This document shows, piece by piece, positions 13,401 through 27,913 of a DNA stretch of 64,000 nucleotides (position 1 is the first letter of the stretch; each line of letters begins with the position of its first letter). Source of the stretch: Chrysomallon squamiferum (Eukaryota; Animalia; Mollusca); contig CM022670.1 of NCBI GenBank assembly GCA_012295275.1, positions 3,286,001 through 3,350,000 of the forward strand, in the 5' to 3' direction. The translations under genes and the position numbers were made by a program. The notes beneath the pieces are model-generated. The model saw nothing but the letters and a program-made list of their open reading frames with translations. It searched no databases and was not told the origin of the DNA.

Positions 13401-14663
13401 ATCTATTTATCTACCTTTCTGTCTGTCTGTCTGTCTATCCATCAATCTATCTTTCTGTCTGCATATCTATCTTTCTATCTGTCTGCTTCTCTATCTACCT
13501 ATCTATTTATCTGTATGCATGTCTGTCTGTCTGTCTATTTATTTATTGCACACACGTAACTGCTTTTGGGTATTTGGCCGATATCCCAGTGTTTTGTTTT
13601 CAATTCCCTTATTTATTTATTTATATATTTATTTATTTATTTAAAAAATCGTCCAGTTGCATTATTTCTATTGAATGGAGTGTTACAACACGTAAAAATA
13701 ACATCTGAACTGCGAGTAACTTGATATTCTCAAGCGATACACAATTAATCATAAATAACAGTACTTAATTCGAATCATAGGGCTGGTCCATAACCGTGAG
13801 CTCAGTGTGAACTTTTCTTTTATTAATTCTGTAACTGTATATCAGACACCAGGTATAGAGTTCTACAACCTTCGATGAATATCAATTGGAAAACTAATCG
13901 AGATTGTCTAACTGGTTGCTCTGATGTTTTAATCATGTCATGTTCTTACAAACAGTTCTTGGATCAATATAGACATAACAATATTATATGCAATATATTT
14001 TGTGTGTGTGTGTGTGTATGTATCTATGTATGGCTGTAAATTCAAGTCATGCATAGACAGATCGAAAATAGTATAAGCAGCAACAGTATCAACAGTAGCA
14101 GTAGCATCATTATTAGTTGTAGTAGTAGTAGTGATAGCAGTAGTGGTAGTAGTATTAGTAGTAGTAGTAGTAATGGTATTGGTAGTACTATTAGTAACAG
14201 TAGTGGCAGTAGTAGTAATAATTGTAGTAGTAGTGGTTGTAGTGGTAGTAGTAATAGTAGTGGTAGTAGTGATAGTCGTAGTAACAGTGTAGTGACAATA
14301 ACAATTTCTGCAGTTAAAACACAATACGTACAACAACAGCAGCAGTTATATGAGATGATTACTACCTCGTCTTTTATTTAAGCCTCGTTTTCATAAAGGA
14401 AGACGTAATTATTGTGGAAAGGTCGGTTAATTAAACGTTCTGGGGAATAATTCTATCTGCAGAGCTATTTAAATTAAGGCTGCAGTCTCCGAGTGAGAAG
14501 CAGAGTCACCTGTCATTTGACAAATAATTCCAGACATAAGAGACGAGTTCGGCTCGAACTGGTCGTTGTTATTAGCGACCTTCCTTAAGGGGGCCGCTTA
14601 TGGCGTTAAACATGCCTGAACCGGAACTCCGTTTAAATATCAGAATGATTAAAGATTTCAAGA
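13113..14663 (+). repeat. Direct duplication: ~140-bp high-identity core at 13137-13277 and 14507-14646
   Basis: CACCTGTCATTTGACAAATAATTCCAGACATAAGAGA...CCTTCCTTAAGGGGGCCGCTTAT...TAAACATGCCTGAACCGGAACTCCGTTTAAATA occurs in both. Each copy is preceded by GGAAAGGTC..TTAATTAAACGTTC and by (TG)n and (AGT)n-rich tracts. Confidence 0.92.
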
Positions 14664-16450
14664 TGATGCTTTATATCAGACACTAGAATTTCAGATGAAA
14701 TCGTAATTGAAAATTATTTGAAATAGTTTCTCTGTGTAACTAAAAAGGCTAAGAGATTAAAAGTCTAAAAAAGTAATCGAAGTTAGTTCAAAATTAAAAA
14801 ACTTAAGCTAACCTTTGGGATACCATTAAGGGCTGAAATAGGAAAAAAGAGAATGAGTAATATATAAAGATAGATAGACAGATAGATAGATGGCAATTTT
14901 TGGCGAAGAGAGCACTGTCTATTAAACATAAATGCTGTTTTTGATCCGAGTTTATCTCAAAGACAGATGATTGTGCAAAGGCGCTGTTTTCCGTAGATGT
15001 GCCCCTGGGTTAACAGACATTATTTAAGATTAAACTAGAAAGTATATGCATTTTCATTTACTAGTGTTCTGAATACATTTACTGTCGTGATTCTGTTTGC
15101 TCTTCGTGAGATCTTGTTTCAAAAGATCTCTGACATTTTCTTAAGGTCATTTAAACCAATCCTTTCTGTTACGGAAGAATTCTGTCTTTTATGCAAATCT
15201 AAATTAACGCTGTATCGAACTTCTAATTCCGGTTTCGTTGACCATCAGCATAACGAAAAACAATTGCTTGACTTCCAAATTAAACAGCACTGACCAAAGA
15301 TCGTTTTGTCTCTAATCTGCGAATCTGCACATTTAAGCAAACCTTTTTGCATCGAAACAGCAGTGAATCCTGTTCGAACGTGTTTGGAATACTCAGCGCT
15401 TGGTCTAAGCTGTGAATATTGCGGCCTGCTCCAAAACAGTCGTTATCCGCCCAGATTAGTTATAAAAACGGTGTAAATTGAGAAATGTCATTCCGCACAG
15501 GGTGTCCGAATTGCGGAGCCTCGGATATTTCTTAGAGATGTTTGACGATGATGAAGAATCAGCTTAATTCCACTTAAAGCTTGATGAAAACTCCTCTACA
15601 CGAAAACGTTCGATGCTCTTTGCTTTATTAAAATGTTAAAATGGTGTTTGAGTGAACTAAAACGCTGGATAATGATATCATTGAATATAATGTTAACAGA
15701 TTTTTGTTTTCTTTTTCTTCTTTTTATTTTTTCCCGTCACGCACGTGACCTTTAAAGTTTCAGTTTGTTTTAAAGCATATCGAAATACTCTTTAATTCGC
15801 TTTCTTCTATAAATAATGTGTTTTTATTGTTTTTGTTTCTTTTTTGGGGTGGGTGGGGAGGGGTTGTTGTTTGTTTTTGTTTTTTGTTAATATTACAATT
15901 ATATCAGATTCAAATGTGGAATCTGTACTTACAATTCCAAAACAGAAAACTATTTTTAAATTTTATTTTTATTTTTCAAAAATGTTCTTACACTTGAATT
16001 CATAAATGCTTTCATCAAAGGCGGCAAGAATGAAACCAGATATCACAGGTTACAAAAAACTAGCTGACCGGTGGAAGCAAAATCCTTCATTAACTAAGTC
16101 CAAAGATTATAATCAGACCATTATGACACAAATACCATTCGCGACTTTTTGTAAAGGTGTGAAGCTTATCACTGATATTCACACGAGACAGGAATTAAGT
16201 TGGACGTATTCGTTATTTTTTAGGGAGGAAAACTGTACGTGAGAACTAAGTAAGAATCCCAAAGGATTAGTTTTGTCGGTGTATATTAACATTAGCTGAA
16301 AACACAAATTGACAGGTGGCATTGGACTACAAATGCAGTAAGAATGAAAGATTAACCGGATTTATGTGATCTCTGGTATCAGTTCTTACCATGCAAGTAA
16401 GAACAAAAATAACTTATTTCTTTTCCATGCAAAAAGTATTTTCTTTCCAA

Positions 16451-16562
<112 letters not shown>

Positions 16563-18133
16563 AAATCATTCTGTTTCCACAAGTACCTCATTTCACTTTT
16601 TATTTCTCAGCTCTTTAACTGACTAAAGATAGACCCATCGTTATTTTATTTAAATTTTTTCGACTCTCTGTCACTCAAAATTCTCATTAATAAAATATCA
16701 GGTGTTAATTTTTCATCTCTAATGTTCAAAACGAGTGAAATATTATATTTTATTATCATTTTTTTCTTGTTATTACTTTTTATCTTATATTTTTAAAACA
16801 ATTTTTTTTTATATATTTCGTTATTTTTTTTTATTATTATTATTTTTTTTTTACCTTTAGTACTTTAAAGAATAATATTTTCATGATTTTTTTGTTTGTT
16901 TGTTTTTTTTTACTGTTTTTTTTTTTTTTTTTCGGAGGCAGGGAGCGGTCACAGAGGTTCTGGCCATCTGTTTATCATCTGTTTCGACGAAATCATGACA
17001 ACAGCGCGCAGAATTCAGTTGGCTGTATTAACACAGCTTTCAACCAATCAACAGAGTAAAATGTGCAAATTAAAACACAGGAAAGTGAAAAGCACAGGAT
17101 TACGTGCATTTTGATACAAATGAAAGAAAAAAGAAGAAAGGCTAGAATAGCAAGGGAAAATAATGAGAAAAAGAAGAAGGAAGATTAGACAAAATAAGGA
17201 CAGGAAAAATAAAAATATGAAGAAGAAGAAAAGAAAGGTAGTAAAAGTGCACTAATAGGAATGAAATAATGATCGAAGAAAGAATGAAAAAGAAATGTGA
17301 ACAGAGTTTTTCTTCCTGGCCCGCTGGCTGTGTTACGTTATAACAAGACTAGACTCAGAAGCTACTGTACAAACAATACGTTTTCACTCGGCGCAATTAC
17401 TTTAGTTGCTAAAAATAAAGAAATTATTGCGAAAACGCTTCCAGCAATTTTCTGTTTTTCTACTACATCATTATTGGAAGCAAGAAGCTGTATTTGTCAG
17501 CCACGGTAATTTATCATTGCTCTAAAAGGTATGAGTATTTTTTTTGTTATTATTATTAATTTTTTATTAATTTTTTTTAAATCATCTAGGCCAACAGAAA
17601 GTAGAGAAAATGTAGCACAAATGATGCGTTCTGTGTTTGTCAGACATCACATGTTTATAAGATTATCCTGTTAATATGTTTATTATGACTGACACGGCTA
17701 AGACAGGCTCAAACTATAAATAAATAATTTTATTCAGTGCTGCATTCAATTAACAAAATTGCTTCTGGGATCGTGAATTAATTTGACAATCAACTGGCTA
17801 CCAGGAGAAGTTACAAACTGTTTTAAGAGTTTTTATATATTTTTTTCTGTTTGCTGTTGTTTTATTCTGTACCGCTAATTCAGTAAATACGAGGACAAGA
17901 GCCACGTAATACAAGAAATAATTACAAATATTGTTGAGTAATAGGCAAGTCATCGGCTCTAAGCTGTGAGACCTTAGAATCGCGATATTGAACCTGCTGT
18001 AATTCTGAATGCATTCACTTCCTTCTCTGTGATTAGCCATCTAGTGTATTAACCCTTTCTGAGCTAGACTTTACTTAATCGTTGAATATAATCAATTACA
18101 TAGAGGATTCAGTGCAATCTTTACAAGATGGTA

Positions 18134-18167
<34 letters not shown>

Positions 18168-19956
18168 TTTAATAATAACCACAACAACTGTAGCAACAAC
18201 AATAATGATATAAAATGCATAAATACCAAACATTAAGGAATTTTAGCCGAAGAATGAAAAAACGTTCAAAACCAGAAAGCAAAGATAAAAAACAAAAAAA
18301 CAACAACGACCCAGGCTAATAAATTATGTTCTTAGCTAGTAAGTCAACCAGTCTCAAACATGCTTCCATCCACAGACAATTCACTCGTGTCTTGGACATG
18401 TAGTCCAGAAGACTGGTTGTCTACTCAAAGCACTGTCAGTGTTAACATGATGGAGAATTAGAAAAAAACAGACGCAGAACCACGGGACCAAACCTTTAAC
18501 CACAACGACACCATAACCAGCAGAGTATTGCGAAGTCAGACGTTCATTGTAATAACCTACTCTGATTTGCAGGATAGAAATCTTCCAATTCCAATTTTGA
18601 CTCGCAGACTACATTTCCGTACAATCTTCCATCGTCTTTAAATAGCTATGTCTGCCATAACACGCATCATCTGTGGTTAATTGAATAATCTAACAGTCAA
18701 ACTTATAACAACTCGCTATTTTCAGCAGGCAGAACTCTTCGTGGTTTTTGTAAGAACTTTTCTACTTTTTTTTTTTTATTCAAAACAATTCAAAACAAGA
18801 CTTCAACAACAACGATGAAACAACTATAAAACAACAACGACGACTGTAACAAAGATAATGATGACGAGGATGATTATTATTATAACAATATTAAAAGTGA
18901 AGATAATGAGAACAATAGTAATACTGACAAAAAGTTCAATAATAACATATTTTCAGAACATAAAAAAAAAGAGAAATATCTATTTATTCCTCAAACTAAT
19001 TTAATTTCCAGAGTCGGATTTCTAAGATTTACCTTGAGTAATTCGGTCTGACACCGAAGTCTAGTTTCGAAAATTACTTAATATCTTTAATTTAGAGGTC
19101 TTACATCGGTCTTAGTAATTATTTTTCTAGAGAATTCTTGTGGCCTGTACGACAAGATCAGTTATCTAAGTGTTATGTTCAGTGTTGCTTTTCGTAAATC
19201 TTGACACAATGATTAAAAGAAGACAGAGAGACATTGCAGGGACGTTGACCAAAGCAAATCTTACGTGTTAAACCAGAAGTGAAATATTTCAAGTGACATA
19301 CTTGGGAAAAATGTAATTGATCATCGTCTGATATCAGTGCAATGCATGTATGTGGTATGTGTAGTATTAGTGAATAAATGTAGAAAAAACCCACAACAAC
19401 AATCGTAAATTCAAAAAGTAGAGGTGAGCCTTGAATAACGCGATTAATTAATCCATTAACGTTACTGCTTATGCCAAGATCGCGTTAATCAATTTTAATA
19501 ATGAATGATAAAAACTATAACTAATCCTCAGTCGAATACTTAAATATTTATTAAATACAAAAGTAATAGTTTCAACAATGTTTATGCAATAGCCTGGATT
19601 TATCTCCATGATTTCTGTGATGATATGCAGTCTGTTTGACTGAACGTCGACAACCTAAACTGATACGATTCAGTCTTGATTCACACCCGTTACTTGTTGC
19701 TTAAGCGACTGAAAATTACTTTAATTTGATGAAGTTTACCATCTAAAGTAATTATCTTCTTCTTCTTCTTCTTCTTTATTCTCTATAGCCTTACTGTTTG
19801 TACACACCTTTAAGGGTATGTTTTATAGAAAGCGCTTAACTGGGAAAGACGTTTGTAAAAATTAATAATGATACGTAAGACATGCCTTCTCGATCTCTGT
19901 TGTTTAATGGCTGCGCCAGAATCTGCCCTTCACAAAGTCGCTGAACCACAAGCCGA

Positions 19957-20259
19957 CTACCAGATGCATGACGTAATCTCAGCGGCTACCGGATGCATGA
20001 TGTAATCTCAGCGGCTACCAGATGCATGACGTAATCTCAGCGGCTACCAAATGCATGACGTAACGTAATCTCAGCGGCTACCAGATGCATGACGTAATCT
20101 CAGCGGCTACCAGATGCATGACGTAACGTAATCTCAGCGGCTACCAGATGCATGACGTAATCTCAGCGGCTACCAGATGCATGACGTAATCTCAGCGGCT
20201 ACCAGATGCATGACGTAATCTCAGCGGCTACCAGATGCATGACGTAATCTCAGCGGCTA
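19957..20259. repeat. Minisatellite, 10 copies of 29-bp unit CTACCAGATGCATGACGTAATCTCAGCGG
   Basis: Counted directly: 10 units. Units 4 and 6 carry an extra CGTAA, and units 2 and 4 have point variants. There are no spacers. Confidence 0.97.
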
Positions 20260-20575
20260 AATGCACTCGCTGTTTTGGTGTTTGCTTCCATGCTCCAAAT
20301 TCGAAAGCGTTTTTAGCTCCAACGTTCGAATGCTCTCTCCAAGTGACGTTGAATATTAAATATTTTACCAAGGTATAGTTGCAGTACTAATATACTAATA
20401 ATTGATTATACTGCGATAATCAATTATTGTGAAAAGCGAAACCACATTAAACAAGGGACACATATATTTTAATTATTAAGCAGCGACAAAGAATAAGTTT
20501 ACAGGAGTTTGTGATCATGATGAAACGAAGAATAAAACGTGTCTGCACTGGTAATTTAAATTACATCATTGTTTC

Positions 20576-20987
20576 TTCCATCGGGGAAATGTTCAAGTAC
20601 GCCAGACACGATTATACTTTTACTGTCGCCAGAAAGAGCAGACTGCGACGGAAGAAAAGTTTATGCTTCATTACGTAAGAAAAAAGAAAAAAAAGAAAGA
20701 AACATATGTTATTAGGCAAGTTTAATATCAAACAGATGTTAGTAAAAACTTTTGAATCTCCGATAGTCTGTCTGCCCTACAGAAAAAAATGACTTCATTC
20801 CAGTAGCGGCTGGTCACTTATTATTCCTGCCCAGACTATCAAAGATACAAAATGTTTAAATAATAATTGAAAGGATTTAATTTTCCATCGGGGAAATGTT
20901 CAAGTACGCCAGACATGATCATACTTTTACTGTCGCCAGAAAGAAGCAGACTACGACAGAAGAAAAGTTTATGTTTCATTACATAAG
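20576..20987 (+). repeat. Direct duplication of ~105 bp (20576-20679 and 20883-20987)
   Basis: TTCCATCGGGGAAATGTTCAAGTACGCCAGACA...TACTTTTACTGTCGCCAGAAAGA...GAAGAAAAGTTTATG.TTCATTAC.TAAG in both copies. Confidence 0.92.
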
Positions 20988-23900
20988 TGATAATTAATAC
21001 TTGTAATAAAATAAACAAAAACAAAAATGTCTATAGCATACAGTTACGTACTAACAATATGCTACTTGCAGCCTTATTTCTTAAAGGAAAATCTTCTAAT
21101 ATATACGAAGTGTTAACAGATTCCTGTTTGTACAATAACAGTAATGAGAGAGGAAACGCAACATGTCAGTTACCAGTACAAGCACTTTCACGTGTATTTA
21201 TTGACAAAAAGGTTATATATGAAGTCTCGATTCAGAAACCCTCGGCTAGCGAGACCAATGCTCTAACCATTAACACAATTCAGTTTATTCCGTTGCTGTT
21301 GTTTTTCATGCAGTGAGAATGAAAGGAGAACCAGTTTAATACAATTTAACATAATTTAATTTCCTCAAATTTCGTTCTTTCTCCTCCCCAGCCTTCTTTT
21401 TCTTCGTTTTATTATTTATTATTGCGTAATTGGGTTTTTTCGCTTCTTTTTCTTCAAAATGACATCATATTCAGTTACCACATTTATTTATAGACAACGA
21501 TAGCTCAAGTATGCGTTATGAGTTCATAGCACGCATGCTCTGAGGCTAGCTTTATATTCAGTAAGCATAAGCGGATTCATTTTTATAATCCTTAAATATT
21601 TATGACATTTCAAAATATTTTTATATGAATATCTGTTAGATGCCATTTATAATTATGTTACAAAAAAGATTCGAGTTAAAAAACCGCAGAAGCGTTTGTT
21701 TTCATTTTAGGAATCTTATATTAAAACAGGCTTTTTGTAGAGTATCTTTAAAATATCTAATTAAATATATAATAACAATAATAACAATAATAATAATAAT
21801 AATAATGATGATGATGATGATGATAACGATGATAACGATAACAAAAATGTTGTTGATGTTAATATTATCATCATTATCATCATCATCCTTACTGTAATTA
21901 TTATTATTATTATTATTGTAATCATTATCATTATCGTCACTGCCGCCGACAGCATACAAACTGATGAAAATACGAAAAGCCTACACAAAGAAAAAAATTA
22001 CAAAAATAAATAAATAAATTAATAAATTGTATAATTAAGAAATTTTTCTCTTTTTCTTCCCTGTGTGCTGTTACGAGTACCCCTTTCATTGAAACGTTAC
22101 GTGGTGGGACCATTCAGACATCAGCAGACACAAAGTTAGTGTGATTTGTCCTCTAGATCTGTCAATACCATCTGTCAGATATACGTGATTCGAAAATACG
22201 ACCAACCAATACACTGACAACTCGATTGCTTTGCCGTACACAGCTATCTAAAGATCTGTCAGTCACGGGGACAAATCATCAAGTTAATGGTTTCTTCCAT
22301 AATTTTTATGTCGTAAACAAATCGTCAGGTTCAATTAGATAATGAATTTAATTTTTGTTTTTGTTTCTTTGGTGTGTTAAATAGAGGTTTATGTCTATCG
22401 TTCATTTTGGCTCCAGAAATTCAGGATGGTAGGCCAAGCGTTTGAAATTTTCAATGGTTTTGCGATTTAAATGTATTTTTATAATGCTGTAATACTAAAA
22501 TATTTGAAATTTATCATAATTAAAACTGAATTCAGCAAGTAAATTTCAAATTGTTCATTTCAATTACTGTTTTTTGTCTGTGAGAGTAAAACTGATGAAC
22601 TGACACCAGCTAATTTTTATGCTCAATCAGGCCATGTCGTTTCTTTTGAAAACGTAAAAAATTAAAAACATAATTTTGACAGAAATGTCGCTAATATATT
22701 CGAGATGTTTTTATGTTTGTTTACAGAATAATCTATTTATGCGAATGATCAATGTCTGCTATTTCAGACATATTTCTGTTAATAATTGAAGTTTGTTTTT
22801 GAACACAGCTATTTACTGATTTATTTAGACAGCACGAACACTCGCATGAACACACACGTGCACACACTCACACAGATATACATGCAGAGAGAGTGGATAT
22901 AATTATAAAATAAACGAAAAGCAGAAAGATGCCATTATGAAGCATAACCATTTTTCACCACATCTCAAATTTATTAAAACACTAGTCTTTATCTCCAAAT
23001 AACATTACTTAAAACTTCAAACAGAAGTCAAAAAACATGTAACGAAGTTATTCGAAAACGTCAAGCGAATAAAAAAACGAAAACGGACCGGATGTTTATT
23101 TACCAAACGTCATTAACGCTTCCAGCAGAAAGTCAGTGACGAAGAAGTGGGGCGCCCATCAAACGATAATACTTCGGTAAACATCGGCAGAAAAGTCATT
23201 TCTATACCACAACGTCGAGTTTAGAGTATTGAAGTGATCAATACGGGATCCCAAAAGATCTTTGATTCAGAGGCCCCCATCGCAGAGGTCACTAAAATAA
23301 ATCGCTGTCGTTTGATTTAGAGATCTCGGGGGAGTAGCTGATGATGGCTAAATCTTAGAAGAACATTACGTCTAGTGATGGCGGTCAGTAGATTCATCAA
23401 ACCTTAATGCCTTTTGTGAGGAGGATGTCGTGAATACTATGGAAATGATTTTTTTTTTTACATTAAATTTTATCTCTCCCTGAAATTCAGTCGAAAGTTT
23501 GGATATCAGAACATGTCTGGGTACATCTGCACTGAAACAATATATTGTATGACGATGTATGCACGGCTAAATGGTTAATTAGTACAACTGTTATTAAATT
23601 TGCCATTGGTACTTCAGTATCTTGATGAAAACACTGTAAGCTTTAATGACAGTAACAACAACTACAATAAAAATAATATGTAGAAGAACAACACGTAGTA
23701 AAATATAATAGAAGCAGCAGAATAAAAGTAGTAATGTCGAAACATTAGTGGTACTAGTAGTAGTAGTTGAAACGCTAGTGGTAGTACAGTAAAAATAGCA
23801 GCATTAATAATATTAATTAAAATCTGCATGAACTATTGCTATATAATAATAGTTCTCTTCCATCAATCATATAATTATAATAGCGCCATTTTCTTTCTGC

Positions 23901-25600
23901 ATTTTAAAAAATTTGAATGCTGCTTACAAAGAAAATAAATGACGGTAATCTATTACTGAAAAAAATATTATTCCTATCTTACAACAAACATTATTAATAT
24001 TCAGCCTTTGATCATGTGTAAATACAATACAGAAAATACACTCTATCTATCACCATTTTTCAGTCCTTGGCTGGTTGTCAGCGCATGCAGGATTCAACAC
24101 TGGCAATAGAAAGCGTACTTGCCACGGTAATCAGTCAGTTTATTATTGATTGGTTTGTCCTTACGGCCAAAATTTCTGGCAATGCCGATTTTATTTACGT
24201 TTTCTCTGTAATCTGTTTTAATAACATGCATTGGAATTGTCCTGTTACTTAGCTGAATAAGTGTTCTAGTCCGTGAAAGTAATATAGCGTTTATAAATAC
24301 TTTATGACTGTCGTTTTATAGTTAGAAAGGTTTACTTTACATTTTCCTTGATCAGAAATAAATTGTTTTAAACACTGCTAGGGAGCTTGTTTTGATATAC
24401 TGCCGAATTTTCAACATTTCTTTTTTTTAATTATTTTCAGACAGTTTGGCTAACAACAACACTGATAGATCTACTAAGCTACATTGTTACTCGAAGGAAT
24501 ATCTGTACGATTTACTCTTTGTTCGGTATTATTTGAAGTTAATTATAAATGAGACATTTTTAAAAAGCTAGTCACAGCCAAATTATTTTAATGTATCCCT
24601 TCATGAACAGCATAATCCAGGAATGTTAATGGACCAATAAAATTTGTGGAGATTGTCTTTTTATATATATATATTATTTAAATAAAATTAAAACCGTTCA
24701 CTTTAGATGCAACTCTTTTATTACTTTTTGTTTATGGCACATATTAGAACAGTCTTAGATTTGTAGAGCCAATGTAAATCAATGTATTCCTTAATCCAAT
24801 AATTATTTTCATTTGTTACTTATGTTTTACACTATTAATGGTTATGTCAAAGGTTTACTGTAGTAATGATGATATAAGAAAGAAAACCGCAAAATGAAAA
24901 CAGTGGCTACACTTGACGATAAGCAAATTTTATTTTTTTATTTTTTTTATATAATTATTTTTTTATTATTGTTATTTATTTATTATTACTTTTTTATATT
25001 ATTTTTATTTTTATTTTTATTTTTTATTATTATTATTTTTGTGTTATTATTATTTTTAAAATTTATTATTTTTTTATTTTATTTTATTATTATTTTTTTT
25101 TTTTTTTTTGTTCCTTATACTTTTTCAAAGACACCTTTATTTTAGCAGTGAGATCCTGACTGGAATATAAATAGCCCAAAGGACGCACTGAGGAACATTG
25201 ATCATTTTAACCATCATGCCTCAAAAATTCCCACTAACCACATACCAGCAAGTCTTTCCATATCCGTCTGTTTTATTAACGAACATAAATGTGATGTAGA
25301 AAATAACTTGTTCTCGATATACAAGTGTAGTCGTGTTTTACGATTCAATATTCTGTGGCGTATATCTCATAAAATAAGAATAACCACGATTTATATTTTA
25401 CGGTCGTTAACGTCCTATTAACACTAGCATTATAAAACAAAATGATTTGATGTGTAGAAATCTGTGCTGTCGGAAATTTCCATAAATAAAGAGTCTCGCA
25501 GTTCAGAAATTAAACCACTCTGGTTAATGTAGACTTGGCTCTTTTGTTCATTAACTAATGTAATTTCAAATGCATTTGAAAGAGAGTTTATTTTATTTAT

Positions 25601-25835
<235 letters not shown>

Positions 25836-26425
25836 AGTGATCTAGTTCATTCACTCATGCACTGTGTCTCATCTTTACAGTTTTTCGATTTTTATTAAAT
25901 TTTATGAATTAAATCAAACGTAAAAAAAGTCTATGAATTTAAATCACTGTTGTCTATTAATTTTAGATCAAAATATTTTATTATCAGAAATTATCAATAA
26001 TTACGACATGATCAACCCATGTCACAAATATTCATTATGTTGTTGTTTTATTGTATTATACTATACTGTATTTTGTGGATTTATTTATTTTACATTTTCT
26101 TCTTTTTTTTTCTTTTATATATATATATGTTTTGTTGGGTTTTTGTTTGTTTTATTTCATTTTTTCTTTTTTTGTTCGCAAATAGCTGACAAACAAGGAA
26201 AGAAAACTAGTAAGAAGAAGAAAGAAAGATAAAAACAACGAACTAAGTAATAATGACAGAGAAAAAGAAAAGTAATTGTACAGGAAGAAGAAACAGAAGA
26301 AGAGATTGAAATAAGGAAAAAAGGTGAGCAGAATGGAAAACCGAAGCCCATTACAATTATTTATAACAACTGTTTAAAAACAATGATGACGTGAAATCAG
26401 TAATCAGAATAAATGAATTCTATTA

Positions 26426-26474
<49 letters not shown>

Positions 26475-26660
26475 TGTTATTGTTGTTATTATTGTTACTA
26501 TTTATTATTATTATTACTGTCGTTGTTATTATTGTTATTTTTTATTATTTTTAATGTTATGATCATTCTTAAATTTATTACCATTATCATCATTGTAGTA
26601 GTAGCAGCAGAAATAGTAACAGTTGGAACTGTAGTATTATTTTATTACTGACGATTATTG

Positions 26661-26706
<46 letters not shown>

Positions 26707-27224
26707 TCATATATCAAGAAGTAAACATATTACGTAATACCTTAACATTATGTAATTTATTGCGTAATACAATGTAAATGTATTAGTAATAATGTAAAAT
26801 ATTAAACAGTTTAACATATTGTGTAGTAACGTAACATGTCATATAGTAATGTAACGTATTTCTTAACAACGGTCTACTCCTACAGATGTCTCCTTCCAGC
26901 TCACTAAAACTAAAATGATCTGATTAGTCCACGAGCTCAGTTCTAATAACCGTAATCAAAAGTCGTAGTTATAAGTATACTGTCAGTTATACTGACTGAA
27001 GGACAGTAAAACAATACTTCAGGTCGGAATTAATGAGAATGCACATAATCTTCCCAAATATAATACCTTACTGCGACTTATACAGTGGTATATGTGGTAT
27101 AACTTGCAGTGGCTGTGGCTGCTAGAATGAAACGGCAAGAGGAAGATCTGCTCTAAGTTGTTATGATAATCTCTCGGAGTAAATCGGCTGCCAAAGTCTC
27201 TCTTTGGATAACAGATCTTTTATG

Positions 27225-27465
27225 TTTGTCTGAAAGAATGTTTAACGATTCCTCAGCATAGATTAACTTATACACGCGATCTAGTGCGTGGATTTCTTTT
27301 TATGCATCTTTCTTTCAGCAAAAAGCCCAGATCGCGGCCTTTAACATAAGTCATAGGCTATGTCTAGTTGGAAGATAAAACCACTGATTGGTTCCATGCG
27401 AAAGGATCGATCTTGCGACCTCTCACGCTGAAGGCAAATGTTTTGCCCTAGGAAGCAAAGACCTT
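27225..27465 (-). mobile_element. Probable degenerate tRNA-derived SINE
   Basis: The minus strand has a tRNA-like head with B-box-like GGTCGCAAGATCGATCC. Blocks such as TTTAACGA.., GGAT.T.TTTTATGCA and CGGCCTTT resemble, from memory only, gastropod SINE bodies. Confidence 0.4.
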
Positions 27466-27809
27466 CTATAAATAAGAGTTGAATGGGACAGAAAATGTGG
27501 TATTAAATTTACTGATTAAAACGTTTTTCCCTTATATATACTGAATATGTCTGCTGGGGGTTTTCCGTATTTATTCGTGTATAAGTATTTCTTTCTGGTT
27601 TATCAATACAGAAACCATGGAGCGTATTTTGCGACCTTTATATTATCATCCGAGCGAATAAGATTGCTTAACTTTTGTCTACGATGAATCTTAAAAAAGA
27701 ATATTTCATATAAATGTCTTAATTTTTTATTTATATATAAAATCATATTTTCTTAGGGTGAAAGTATTTCAGTTATATATATTCGAAGTATTAATTTCGC
27801 AGAAGATTT

Positions 27810-27913
<104 letters not shown>

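Noticed and set aside
19957-20259. 29-bp repeat array as a CRISPR array
   Set aside because: Units are head-to-tail with no unique spacers, there are no cas genes, and the context is eukaryotic.
22141-22280. Short inverted pair TGATTTGTCC...GGACAAATCA as a miRNA or MITE
   Set aside because: Only ~10-12 bp pair and the interior does not form an extended stem.
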